DNA from: an uncultured Mycoplasmatota bacterium
GTDB lineage: Bacteria; Bacillota_I; Bacilli_A; RF39; UBA660
Direction of reading: 5' to 3'
Assembly: GCA_948432605.1 (NCBI GenBank)
Contig: CAOJCV010000001.1
Location: 1-48,373 of the forward strand
Length of the DNA stretch: 48,373 nt
A program made the position numbers and the translations under genes. The notes under the pieces are model-generated. The model saw nothing but the letters and a program-made list of their open reading frames with translations, had not been told where the DNA came from and did no database searches. Shown here in pieces: positions 32,437-42,251 of the stretch; within the stretch, counting starts at the first letter, position 1; each line of letters opens with the position of its first letter.

Positions 32437-32573
32437 TTCTTTTCCTTCCTTTAGAGCATAATCAAATGTCTTTTTGATGCCTTTTATTATATTAAAAAAC
32501 ACTACATTTGTAAATTAAATATTTTATTGATTTTATTTAGAATTTATTATAAAATAACAAATCAGACGAAAGG

Positions 32574-33551
32574 GTGATTATTGTGTTTAATCCAAATGTA
32601 AAGAAAGATATTTCAAAATTATGTGAAAAGGCTAATACTAATTATCTATTTGAAGATTTATATCAAGAATACTCTAAAGTATTTCTTTATACTAACGAGA
32701 GCATATGTAAAATGCTAGAATTGGTTCCTCAAAATTTGCATAATTTAAATGTTTTAGGTATTTTAAGTGGAGGTACTTTTCCACTCGAATGTATTTTAAA
32801 AGGTTTTAGAGAAATAGATTGTATTGATTTAAATCGCTTTTCTTTTTACTTTTTTGAATTGTTACTAGCTTCTTTTAGAGGCCTTGACTATGAGGAATTT
32901 TTAAAATTTTGGGGTCTTACTGATCCTTATGAGAAACAGAACTTTTTAAATGAAAATATATATCAAAAATTTGAATCTTTTTTAAAAAAAGAATTTCAAA
33001 CAGTTTGGAATTCTTTCTATGATTTTTGTGGAGGATTGAGTCAAAATCAAAGTCTTATTATTTTTAAAACCGCCAATTATAAAAAGCCTTCCTATTTAAG
33101 TAAAGATGTATTTTTGAAATTAAAAAATACTTTATTATATGAAGAATTAAAATTAAGATATTTTTCTATGGATTTGGGGAATTTGTTTAATGAAAAAGAA
33201 ATAGGTACTTATGGATTAATTTATTTTTCCAATGTTTTACAATTTTACCATCATAATCAATTAGCTAGTATTGATTTCAAGATAGATCTGGCACATAAAA
33301 CTTTTCAAGAAAAACTTATGCAAGATGGTATATTTTTTGTGAATTATCTTTTTCAAAATAGTCTACTTAATGCTAAAATGGAAGCTATCTTCAAAACAAA
33401 TATGGAAAGTTTTTTTCAAAATTTCGGATATAATGTACAAATTGATCCAAATCATTATTGGGATATTCTTGTTAAAAAGTATAGCGATATTTTTCAAATT
33501 GAATCTATTCCAAACAGTGAAGACTTTGTAGTTATGGCTAGAAAAAAATAA
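32574..33551 (+). CDS. DUF3419 (BtaA-like, SAM-dependent transferase fold)-like protein
   Basis: VLGILSGG...IDCIDLN resembles the SAM-binding motif I/II arrangement of DUF3419. The start may be the GTG at 32583. Confidence 0.45.
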   Translation: MIIVFNPNVKKDISKLCEKANTNYLFEDLYQEYSKVFLYTNESICKMLELVPQNLHNLNVLGILSGGTFPLECILKGFREIDCIDLNRFSFYFFELLLASFRGLDYEEFLKFWGLTDPYEKQNFLNENIYQKFESFLKKEFQTVWNSFYDFCGGLSQNQSLIIFKTANYKKPSYLSKDVFLKLKNTLLYEELKLRYFSMDLGNLFNEKEIGTYGLIYFSNVLQFYHHNQLASIDFKIDLAHKTFQEKLMQDGIFFVNYLFQNSLLNAKMEAIFKTNMESFFQNFGYNVQIDPNHYWDILVKKYSDIFQIESIPNSEDFVVMARKK

Positions 33552-33672
33552 TTTTTTGTAGTTTTTTTCTTTTTCATCTTTTTAAATTTAAGAAATAGTA
33601 TGTGTGGTAATAATTGTATAACTATTAGTTATCTTTATATTATAAATTTCATAAAATCTGTATTTATTGTAT

Positions 33673-34599
33673 TTATAATAATTCTAAATATTTCTTTAAC
33701 ATCTCTATTTCTAGCCTTGTTATTAATTTAACAAAATCATTATAATTGCCAGTTGTATGAGCTTTATCTAATGTTTCATAATATTCTAATCTATCCTCTT
33801 TTTTAATTATTACTGGATTAAACCCATGATTCATTAAATCTAAATTCATAAGTAATCTTGATGTCCTACCGTTGCCATCTACAAATGGGTGAATTTTAAG
33901 TAATTCACCATGTAGCAAAGCTGCTTGAATAATAGGATGAAACCCATTCCAATTTTCGTAATTTAAAATCAATTTTTCCATTAATTCTGGAACTTTTAAA
34001 TAATCAGGAGGAGTATGAGCAGCCCCTTTTATAGTAACATTTTCTCTTCTGTATCTTCCTGCATTCTCATCATCAATCTCTTTTAAAACTAATTGATGAA
34101 TATTTTTAATGTTCCATTCAGTAATTGGATTATTTTCTTTTACCAGTTCATTTAAATATATAATAGCTTTTTCATGATTAATTGCCTCTAAATGTTCTTT
34201 TATTGATTTTCCACCAACTGTAATTCCCTCTAATACTATTTGTGTTTCTCTAAGCGTTAAAGTATTCCCTTCTATACCATTACTGTTAAATGTCCATTCA
34301 AGATTAATAGATTCTTCCAAAGATCTTAAAGTTTCTTTTGGTATCGGTCTTTTACCATCTAATGTTTTTTTTAATTCATCAACCTCATTAAAATAATTTT
34401 CTTCTAAATCAATAATAAATTCTTTAGAATCTGGTTTGATAACTCGTTTATCCACAGGTTTTATTGCATCAACTGGAATATTCCAACTGTTTCCGTTTTT
34501 AACAGCCCCTTCAATTCTACCATCTTGTAATAATTGTCTTATTCTTCTTTCACTAATATTCCACTTTTTTACTGCATCTTTTGTAGTTATGAATTTCAT
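33673..34599 (-). CDS. Fic-family protein (probable AMPylase) with N-terminal HTH and intramolecular inhibitory motif
   Basis: HPFVDGNGRTSRLL Fic motif. SNGIEG matches the (S/T)xxxE(G/N) inhibitory helix N-terminal to the core, as in class II Fic. N-terminal excisionase/MerR-like HTH. Start at the ATG at 34599 after GAGAGGTGA. Confidence 0.85.
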   Translation of the reverse strand: MKFITTKDAVKKWNISERRIRQLLQDGRIEGAVKNGNSWNIPVDAIKPVDKRVIKPDSKEFIIDLEENYFNEVDELKKTLDGKRPIPKETLRSLEESINLEWTFNSNGIEGNTLTLRETQIVLEGITVGGKSIKEHLEAINHEKAIIYLNELVKENNPITEWNIKNIHQLVLKEIDDENAGRYRRENVTIKGAAHTPPDYLKVPELMEKLILNYENWNGFHPIIQAALLHGELLKIHPFVDGNGRTSRLLMNLDLMNHGFNPVIIKKEDRLEYYETLDKAHTTGNYNDFVKLITRLEIEMLKKYLELL

Positions 34600-34722
34600 A
34601 CTTTTCACCTCTCTTATATATTATACCGTTGTAGGTAGTTTTTATCAACTCCAGAATATTAATTTTTAACTTTTTATAATTTCATTTATAGTTTCCGATT
34701 GAGAGTCTCTCAAATCTTTCAC

Positions 34723-35390
34723 TTACTTCTTTAAGTGTTCAGTATAATCCCTCATATTCCTATCTTTTGCAAGTTCTGGATTATTATCTCTCCATTCTTT
34801 ATCTGTCATACCAAATAAGGAAACATTTAAAATATCTGCTTCTTCAGCATATATAAATTTTTTTTGATCTTCAATAAGCGGTGAAACTATATAAGTTTTT
34901 ACTGTATCAGTATGAATTACATAATTTAACTTTGAAAGTATTCTATTAGCTTGCCAATCTACTTTTTCTTGATATGCTTCATTAGTTTTTAATCTCTCAA
35001 ACTCAGTTATTAAATACAATTTAAACTCTGGAGATAACCAACTAACAAATTCAAAGATAATTCTGGATGATCTAATGTTCCAATGCTATACTTTCTGCTC
35101 TTAATACCTATTGCATTAATTCGTTTAATCCATTGAGATGAGGACATTGCAAAAAAATTTCTACCATACTCAGTTTTAATTGGTCGAATTCGACCAAATT
35201 AAAATCAGGATTGTAGATTTCTTCCCATCAACCAATTCTTTACTGTAAAAGATGGATCACTAGAACTTTGATACTTAGCCAAGTCTGTTAATGAAATATA
35301 ATTTACATTTCCTACTCTTAAAATTCCAACTTTATTTTCTTTTACAATTATTTCTGCTGTTACTTCATCTTTTTTCAATAGATATTACCT
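34723..35390 (-). pseudogene. Decayed KilA-N domain gene, paralogue of 37348..38235
   Basis: The minus-strand translation matches the intact copy (LKKDEVTAEIIVKENKVGILRVGNVNYISLTDLA ... EFERLKTNEAYQEK...) but is broken by several frameshifts and stops between 35020 and 35300. It is also C-terminally truncated. Confidence 0.8.
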
Positions 35391-35591
35391 CACTTTCTTG
35401 AATTTTAAAAGGATGTTCACATATTTTTTCTGTTTACATCCTTTATTTTAGGGCATTTAAGCCATATTTTCTAATTATTTGCAAACAAATCTCTATTTGT
35501 TAACATTTTTTAACTTTGTAAAATCCTCGCAAAGCCTTTATTTATCTCACTTTCCACAGCAATTTTTGTACTTTTTGCCCGAACCGCAAGG
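34741..35591. repeat. Direct repeat copy A: secA-tail remnant plus intergenic region plus KilA-N module
   Basis: Aligns by eye with 37555-38446. The last 46 nt (35546-35591) equal the secA 3' end (38401-38446), with only 2 substitutions. Confidence 0.85.
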
Positions 35592-35947
35592 TCTTTGATT
35601 ATTTTATTAGCCCAAGTTCTAAATTTAATTGCCTTTTTGGAATTAACTCTGAATCCAATAGAAATAATCATATCAAGACTATAATATTTTGTATTATAAG
35701 TTTGTTTTCCGTCATTACCCATATGTGCAATTTTTGCACATGTGCTACTTTCATTTAATTCTTCATCTTTATAAATATTATTGATATGCCTAACAATGCC
35801 ACTTCTATCAATATTAAAAAGTGTAGATAAAACTTCAGTATTTAACCAAACATCTTCGTTTTCAAGTAATACTTCTACTTTAGTATTCCCATCTTCATCA
35901 TTATAAAATAAAATATTTTTTTCATTTCCAATTAGTTTATCATTCAT
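35510..35947 (-). pseudogene. RhuM-family gene, N-terminal fragment, truncated at the repeat junction and reading out of frame through the orphan secA tail
   Basis: RhuM-like N-terminus (ILFYNDEDGNTKVEVLLENEDVWLN...IGFRVNSKKAIKFRTWA). Similarity stops at 35591, where the secA-tail repeat begins. AAGGAGG RBS before the ATG at 35947. Confidence 0.6.
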
Positions 35948-36032
35948 TACTAGCACCTCCTTTAACAATTATTCATTAAGTAATCAGCTAATAATATTAT
36001 ACTATTTTTTATCTTGCTTAACAATGTTACTA

Positions 36033-37279
36033 CTAAAATTTATCTCTCAAATTTATATCTATTTCTTTTTCTATTGATTCACAAATTTTAATTAAATCAT
36101 TAGTGGTACTAGTAATATAATAATTTTCTGTTGTTTCAGTTCTACTATGACCTAACAACTTAGAAATGTCTTTTATTTCATTTCCTATTCTTAATGCTTT
36201 TGTAGCAAAACTGCCTCTTAAATCATAAAATCTGCAGTTGATTCCTAATTCGTGATGAATAATTTTAAATGGATATCTTATAATATCTGTTCCAGAATAT
36301 GCGCCATCTTTCCTAGTAAATACCATTTCTACTCTATTGCGTTTAGAATAACTTTCCATAATTTTATATTCCACTAACTTACCAAATTTATTTTTTACTT
36401 CTTCTATAATATATCTTTTATACTTTTTTCCATATTGATTTTTTAAATTATTTTGTATATTTTTATAATCTATTAGTACTGTATATAAACTATCACAAAT
36501 ATAAACCTCCCTTTGACTACCTGGTGTTTTAGTTGTACCTAAGTACCATCTTCCACTTTCTCCTTTATCTTTTGCATACACAGTTTTATTTATGTTAATA
36601 ATTCTATTATCTAAATCTATATCATCCCAAGTTAAAGCAAATACCTCTCCTGTTCGCATCCCTGTATAACAAGCGGTTAGAAAGGCACATGTAAAAGTAT
36701 AGTTATTTTTAAATCTTAATAAAATCATATCTATCTCTTCCTGAGTATAAATATGTTTTATATCGTTTTTTTTACATCAAAAGAATAATATCTTGGTAAT
36801 TGCAAATCTGCTGCTGGATTATTTTCAATAAATCCAAAATAATAAGCTGCATCTCTTAATGAACTTCTAATTACTTTTTGATAATTTCTTAGAGCATCTT
36901 TTGAAGTTACTCTTTGAGCTATTCAAAGAAGTGCTTGATTTAAGATATATGATGTTAAATATGCAAGTTTATATTTACCTATTTCCTTTTTTATAGTTTC
37001 AAATGCTTCAGAATATCGTTTTGATGTTGTGTACTTGTAATTAATTTCAAAATATTCCTTCATCCAATAATCAAGATAATCAGAATACAGCATTTGTGAT
37101 TGTTTAAATGTTACTCCTCCATTAATATATTTTTCATAGGCAAGTTGTTCAGCAGCATAGGCTTCATTTTGAGTTTTAAATCCAGACTTATTAATAAACT
37201 TTCTTTTACCATTAATAGTTCCAATTTCAAATTGATATTGATAAACCTTTCCTCTTTTTCTTACATTTACTCTTCTCAT
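36033..37279 (-). pseudogene. Tyrosine recombinase/phage integrase, disrupted
   Basis: N-terminal Arm/AP2-like domain (KRGKVYQYQFEIG...FKTQNEA). C-terminal catalytic region has TGMRTGE, HELGINCRFYDLRG and LLGHSRTETTENYY. Interrupted by an in-frame TGA (36923-36925) and a frameshift in the A8/T8 run (36766-36773). Confidence 0.85.
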
Positions 37280-37347
37280 ATAATCATCCTTTCCTTTTCT
37301 ATATAAAACAAAAGAGCATTAACATTGTCTGTTAACACTCTTCTATT

Positions 37348-38235
37348 TTAATCAATTAATAATTCTTTTTCTTCATTAACTTGTTTTTGTAATAATTCTA
37401 ATTCTTTGATATTCCTATTGTCTTTTAATACTTTCATTTGTCTTCTTGCAGAATTATTGAGTCTAACAAGTCTTTCTCTTTGAGGCACTTTTTCTTCAAT
37501 TAACTCAGCATTTGTATTTTGAAGATTATTTAATATTACTAAATGTAGTAAATCAGTATAATCTCTCATATTTCCTTCTTTTGCTAGTTCTGGATTATTA
37601 TCTCTCCATTCTTTAGCTGTCATACCAAATAAAGCAACATTTAAAACATCTGCTTCTTCAGCATATACAAATTTCTTTTGTGCCTCAGTAAGTGTTGGAA
37701 CTATATAAGTTTTTACTGCATTAGTATGAACAACATAATTTAATTTAGATAATAATCTATTTGCTTGCCAATCAATTTTCTCCTGATATGCTTCATTACT
37801 TTTTAATCGTTCAAATTCTTTTATTAAATATAACTTAAATTCAGGACTTAACCAACTAGCAAATTCAAACGCAATATCTGGATGAGCAAATGTTCCCTTA
37901 CTATATTTCCCACTGCTTGGAATAATTCCAATAGCGTTAAAATCCTTTTTCCAACGATTAGGTGTCATAGTAAAGCGATTATAAGGAGCTTCATCAATTT
38001 TAATTCTGTGGGATTCCACGGAATTAAAATCTTCATTATTAATTTCTTCCCATAAACTATAATAATCAAATGAATTTTTATTTGACATCCAATTTCTAAT
38101 TACGCCAGATGGATCTTCAGAATTTGCCTGTCTAGCTAAATCAGTTAATGAAATATAATTTACATTGCCTACTCTTAAAATTCCTACTTTATTTTCTTTT
38201 ACAATTATCTCTGTAGTTACTATATCTTTTTTCAT
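37348..38235 (-). CDS. KilA-N domain-containing protein (intact copy)
   Basis: 295 aa with YISLTDLAR...IRNWM...FAHPDIAFEFASW, typical of Firmicute KilA-N proteins. GTGAGGTGA RBS. Confidence 0.8.
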   Translation of the reverse strand: MKKDIVTTEIIVKENKVGILRVGNVNYISLTDLARQANSEDPSGVIRNWMSNKNSFDYYSLWEEINNEDFNSVESHRIKIDEAPYNRFTMTPNRWKKDFNAIGIIPSSGKYSKGTFAHPDIAFEFASWLSPEFKLYLIKEFERLKSNEAYQEKIDWQANRLLSKLNYVVHTNAVKTYIVPTLTEAQKKFVYAEEADVLNVALFGMTAKEWRDNNPELAKEGNMRDYTDLLHLVILNNLQNTNAELIEEKVPQRERLVRLNNSARRQMKVLKDNRNIKELELLQKQVNEEKELLID

Positions 38236-38446
38236 TATGTCACCTCACTTTTTTTGAATTTTAAAAGGATGTTCACATATTTTTTTGTTTACATCCTTTA
38301 TTTTTAAGGCATTAAGCCATATTTTTTAATTATTTGCAAACAAATCTCTATTTGTTAACATTTTTTATCTTTGCTTGAGTCTAGCAAACCCTTTATTTAT
38401 CTCACTTTCCGCAGCAATTTTTGTACTTTTTGCCCGAACCACAAGG
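37555..38446. repeat. Direct repeat copy B: functional secA tail plus intergenic region plus KilA-N module
   Basis: Partner of 34741-35591. Includes a 9-bp-stem hairpin AAAGGATGT...ACATCCTTT that is present in both copies. Confidence 0.85.
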
Positions 38447-40894
38447 ACACATGTCATTACGTCCTACTTTATCTTTATTAATTACAGTTCTATTAGTTGA
38501 TTCTTCTTTTTCGTTTGTTTTTCCTTTTATAGTTTGTTCTCTTTGTGTATTTTGTTCAATATTTGCTTTTAATAAAAATTGAGCAATTGTATCATCTATT
38601 CTATTTAATGTTTGTTCAAACATTTGATATCCTTCCATTGTATAAGCTTGAAGAGGATTTGTTTGAGCATATTGTCTTAAAAATATACCTTCTTTTAGAC
38701 CTTCCATTGCATTTAAATGTTCTACCCAAATTGAATCAATAATTCTTAATGATATTGCACGTTCAAATTCTTCAAAATTTGGTGCATCTTTGATCTTTAA
38801 CTCATAATCTTCATTAATCATATTTGTTAAATATTCAATCATTTTTCCTTCATCTAAATCTTTAATTTCGTCTATTGTAAGTTGTTGTGTTTTTAAGAAA
38901 TTTGTATTTAAATAATTTACTATTTCTTCTAAATCTTTTTCAGTTAACATTCCTTCTGGAGCAATATGGCCTGTTACTAAGTCTTCCATTGTATTTCTAA
39001 ATGTTTCTTTAATAGAGTTATGAATACTTTCATTATCAATTACATTATTTCTTTGTTCATATATAATTCTTCTTTGTTCATTTACGACATTATCATAATC
39101 AAGTAAGTTTTTACGCATGTCAAAGTTGTTTCCTTCTACTTTCTTTTGTGCTGATTCAATTGATTTTGTAAGTGATTTAGAACGTATTGCTTGATCTCCT
39201 ACTAATCCAAGCGCCATTACCATACTTTTTACTTTATCAGTTCCAAATCTTCTCATTAGGTCATCTTCGAATGAAACAAAAAATTGACTCATTCCAGGAT
39301 CTCCTTGACGACCTGCACGTCCACGCAACTGATTATCTATACGACGAGACTCATGACGTTCTGTTCCTATTACACAAAGCCCTCCTATTGCTCGTACTTC
39401 ATCAGTTAATTTAATATCAGTACCACGTCCTGCCATATTAGTAGCTATTGTAATTGCACCTTTTTCTCCAGCTTGAGCAATAATCTCTGCTTCTCTTGCA
39501 TGGTTTTTCGCATTTAATACTTCATGTTGCAACCCTTCTTTTTTTAGCATTGCAGATAATCGTTCATTATTTTCTACAGAAATAGTTCCTACTAATATCG
39601 GTTGTCCAGTTTCATGAATTGTTTTTATTGTTTTTACTATAGCTTCATATTTCCCTGATTCTGTAGAATAAACCAAATCTGCTAAATCTTCTCTTACTAC
39701 TGGTTTGTTTGTAGGAATTCTTATTACATACATATTGTATATATTTCTAAATTCTTCTTCTTCTGTTTTTGCAGTTCCAGTCATACCAGAAAGTTTACTA
39801 TACATTCTAAATAAATTTTGGAATGTTATTGTTGCCATAGTTTGGGTTTCTTCATTTATTTTAACATTTTCCTTTGCTTCAATTGCTTGGTGAAGTCCTT
39901 CACTAAATTGGCGTCCTTGCATTAATCGACCTGTAAATTGATCTACTATCACAACCGAACCATTATCTACAACATAATCTACGTCTTTTTTGAAACCATA
40001 GTTTGCCTTTAGAGCATTGTTTACATGATGAACTAAAGCTGAATTTCCAAAATCATATAAATTTTCTAATCTAAATATTTTTTCTAAATGCTCTGCACCT
40101 TTTTCTGTAATAGATACATTTTTTGTTTTATTATCTATTAGGTATTCATCTTCTTCTAATGCCTTTACTGCTTTATCTGCATCAATATATAAGTTTTTAG
40201 AATTCTGTTTTCCACCTGAAATAATTAATGGCGTTCTTGCTTCATCAATTAAAATAGAATCCACTTCGTCAACAATACAAAAATTTAATGCTCTTTGTAC
40301 TCTATCTTCTTTTTTTACAACCATGTTATCTCTTAAATAATCAAATCCAATTTCGTTATTTGTAGAATAAAGGATGTCACAATTGTATGCTTCTTGTTTT
40401 TCTTTAGGAGACATTTCTCTCATATTTAGCCCAACAGTTAATCCTAAAAATCTAAAAATATTCCCCATCCATTCTGAGTCACGTTTTGCTAAGAATTCGT
40501 TTACTGTTATAATGTGAACTCCTTTTCCATCTAATGCATTTAAGTAAGCAGGCATTGTTTCTGTTAAAGTCTTTCCTTCTCCTGTTTTCATTTCGGCAAT
40601 ATTTCCATAATGGATTGCTAATCCACCTAATATTTGTACATAATATGGTTTTTCACCTAAAATACGGCTGTCTACTTCTCTAACTGTTGCAAAAGCATCC
40701 ACCACTAAATCATTTAATGTTTCTCCATTTGCAAGTCTTTCTTTAAATTCTTTTGTTTTATTTTTTAGCTCTTCATCAGTTAAAGCAGCCATTACACTTT
40801 CTTTTTCTATAATTTGATCTGCTATTTTTTCAAATTTTTTTAATTCTTTATATTCTGAATCAATTAATTTTCTAAATATTCCCATGTTTTTCAC
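38402..40894 (-). CDS. secA: Preprotein translocase ATPase SecA
   Basis: 830 aa with MKTGEGKT Walker A, DEVDSILIDEARTPLIISG, and the C-terminal zinc motif CPCGSGKKYKNCCGK. Confidence 0.95.
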   Translation of the reverse strand: MKNMGIFRKLIDSEYKELKKFEKIADQIIEKESVMAALTDEELKNKTKEFKERLANGETLNDLVVDAFATVREVDSRILGEKPYYVQILGGLAIHYGNIAEMKTGEGKTLTETMPAYLNALDGKGVHIITVNEFLAKRDSEWMGNIFRFLGLTVGLNMREMSPKEKQEAYNCDILYSTNNEIGFDYLRDNMVVKKEDRVQRALNFCIVDEVDSILIDEARTPLIISGGKQNSKNLYIDADKAVKALEEDEYLIDNKTKNVSITEKGAEHLEKIFRLENLYDFGNSALVHHVNNALKANYGFKKDVDYVVDNGSVVIVDQFTGRLMQGRQFSEGLHQAIEAKENVKINEETQTMATITFQNLFRMYSKLSGMTGTAKTEEEEFRNIYNMYVIRIPTNKPVVREDLADLVYSTESGKYEAIVKTIKTIHETGQPILVGTISVENNERLSAMLKKEGLQHEVLNAKNHAREAEIIAQAGEKGAITIATNMAGRGTDIKLTDEVRAIGGLCVIGTERHESRRIDNQLRGRAGRQGDPGMSQFFVSFEDDLMRRFGTDKVKSMVMALGLVGDQAIRSKSLTKSIESAQKKVEGNNFDMRKNLLDYDNVVNEQRRIIYEQRNNVIDNESIHNSIKETFRNTMEDLVTGHIAPEGMLTEKDLEEIVNYLNTNFLKTQQLTIDEIKDLDEGKMIEYLTNMINEDYELKIKDAPNFEEFERAISLRIIDSIWVEHLNAMEGLKEGIFLRQYAQTNPLQAYTMEGYQMFEQTLNRIDDTIAQFLLKANIEQNTQREQTIKGKTNEKEESTNRTVINKDKVGRNDMCPCGSGKKYKNCCGK

Positions 40895-40928
40895 ACCTTC
40901 CGTGTAATCATTTTACCATATAAATAAG

Positions 40929-40967
40929 AAAAAAAGCAAAAATATATGGTCATTTTTCGCTTTTTTT
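40929..40967 (-). terminator. Possible imperfect hairpin terminator upstream of secA
   Basis: AGCGAAAAAT...ATTTTTGCT with one mismatch, followed by a T-run on the minus strand. Confidence 0.35.
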
Positions 40968-40998
40968 CTTTTTCATCATAATTTTATTCTTAATTTTT

Positions 40999-42103
40999 CT
41001 ATTTCGTTAATTCTAGTTTTAATTCGGTCTCATTTATTCTATGTAAAGCATTCGATATATATAGATTCATTTCTTCATCATTTTGACAAGTTAACATAAC
41101 TCGAAAAAGCACAATAATCTCTATTTCGGTCATATATTTTAATAACTTTTCTTCAAATTCTTTATAAGTATTGTAAGATTCTCTTATACCATATTCTGTA
41201 ATGGCACTCCAAATAATTTTAAAATATGGATATTCTAAATTGTAAGAATACAATAATTCTTTCGTAATTGCTTCTTTATAATTTTGATTACGTTCATCTA
41301 AACTGAATTCAAAAATGTAAATATGTTATAAATACTATCATACTCTATTTTATTTTTCTCATTGGTTTTGATATATCCAAAAAATGTATCTTTTAAGTAA
41401 CTAGCAATCAAATCCTCTTCTGGTGATTTTTGATATTTTTCCTCATATAATAATTCATATATATTCCAAAATTCTTGTTTTCTTGACTAGTAGTTTCTCC
41501 TAAGATGTAACCTTCTTTATAAATAAGTAGAAGTAATTCTTCTAGTCTTTCTATCTCTTCTTTTCTATTTGTAAATCCTTCTTGAAGTTCTTCCCATATT
41601 TTTTCTAAATTTTTAGTTATAATATTTTTGGCTAATGTTTTTCTATTCATTAACTCACCGAGTAGCCTTATTGCTACTCTTAAATTATAATATCCGTCTT
41701 GAGAACCAAAGCTCGCTAATAACTCATCTTGTAAAGAATAGGTGTACATGTTATTCTCAAAATCTTCTTTAAATAAATACTTATACCAATCATTATAACT
41801 AAATCAAAGATCATCTGCATGTAATTTTTCATGAAAAAAATCGCTTTCTTCATTATAAAATTTTATAGTATGAGAGTAAGTTTGATAACTTCCAGATGTA
41901 ATTAAATTATTACTTTTAATTTGTTGTTCTAATTTTTTAACTTTAACAAATCTTGTAGAATACATTGTTCCTAAGTAATCCCATCTCGTATAAAATTCAC
42001 CATATTCTTCCATAAACGTTTTATATTTTTCATTTAATAAGTATCTAATTTCTTCTGTAAAATCTGAATTATTTAATGCGAGTGTATTAATTTGTTCCAA
42101 CAT
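40999..42103 (-). pseudogene. Decayed gene of about 365 codons, unknown function, split into three listed ORFs
   Basis: ORFs 41804..42103 and 41408..41749 are separated only by an in-frame TGA (41804-41806) plus 18 open codons. The coding signal then continues in shifted frames near 41420-41440 and near 41300 into ORF 40999..41253. Confidence 0.6.
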
Positions 42104-42216
42104 TATTTTTCTTCTTGTTCTAGGTTATCCCATATTAAAAATGTTTTATATACACGCGGATTATCTAAAGCTATTTTACTGTGATCTTTTATAATAAAAG
42201 CTAAAATAATAAACAT
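42103..42216 (-). CDS. Small ORF (37 codons) whose stop overlaps the next start (TAATG)
   Basis: MFIILAFIIKDHSKIALDNPRVYKTFLIWDNLEQEEK. May be another fragment of a decayed gene. Confidence 0.25.
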   Translation of the reverse strand: MFIILAFIIKDHSKIALDNPRVYKTFLIWDNLEQEEK

Positions 42217-42251
42217 TAGTATTTTCTTTTGTAATTTTACTTTTTTCTTTT

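Larger units (their letters stand above)
34741..38446 (-). mobile_element. Remnant(s) of a site-specific integrative element inserted at the 3' end of secA
   Basis: An integrase gene lies between two direct copies of the secA terminal 14 codons plus stop. The phage-type cargo (KilA-N, RhuM) and the integrase are inactivated. Confidence 0.65.

Noticed and set aside
35498-35505. The palindrome TGTTAACA, recurring at 35498-35505, 37330-37337 and 38353-38360, as an operator for island regulators.
   Set aside because: An 8-mer made only of A/T plus one G/C pair is expected by chance in DNA this AT-rich. Two of the three occurrences are simply the duplicated intergenic region.
36923-36925. In-frame TGA codons inside the integrase (36923) and the decayed gene (41804) as evidence for TGA=Trp (genetic code 4), or for an element imported from a code-4 host.
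   Set aside because: All long housekeeping ORFs are intact under the standard code, and every Trp I could trace in the window, including those in the island KilA-N gene, is encoded by TGG. TGA also serves as the apparent stop of several genes (for example 3849-3851, directly before a terminator hairpin). The same genes carry frameshifts as well. Ordinary nonsense decay, plausibly TGG to TGA, is the simpler reading.
38245-38300. The conserved hairpin AAAGGATGT...ACATCCTTT between secA and the KilA-N gene as a riboswitch or attenuator.
   Set aside because: It is most simply the secA terminator carried on the duplicated module. No alternative pairing or conserved riboswitch core was recognised.
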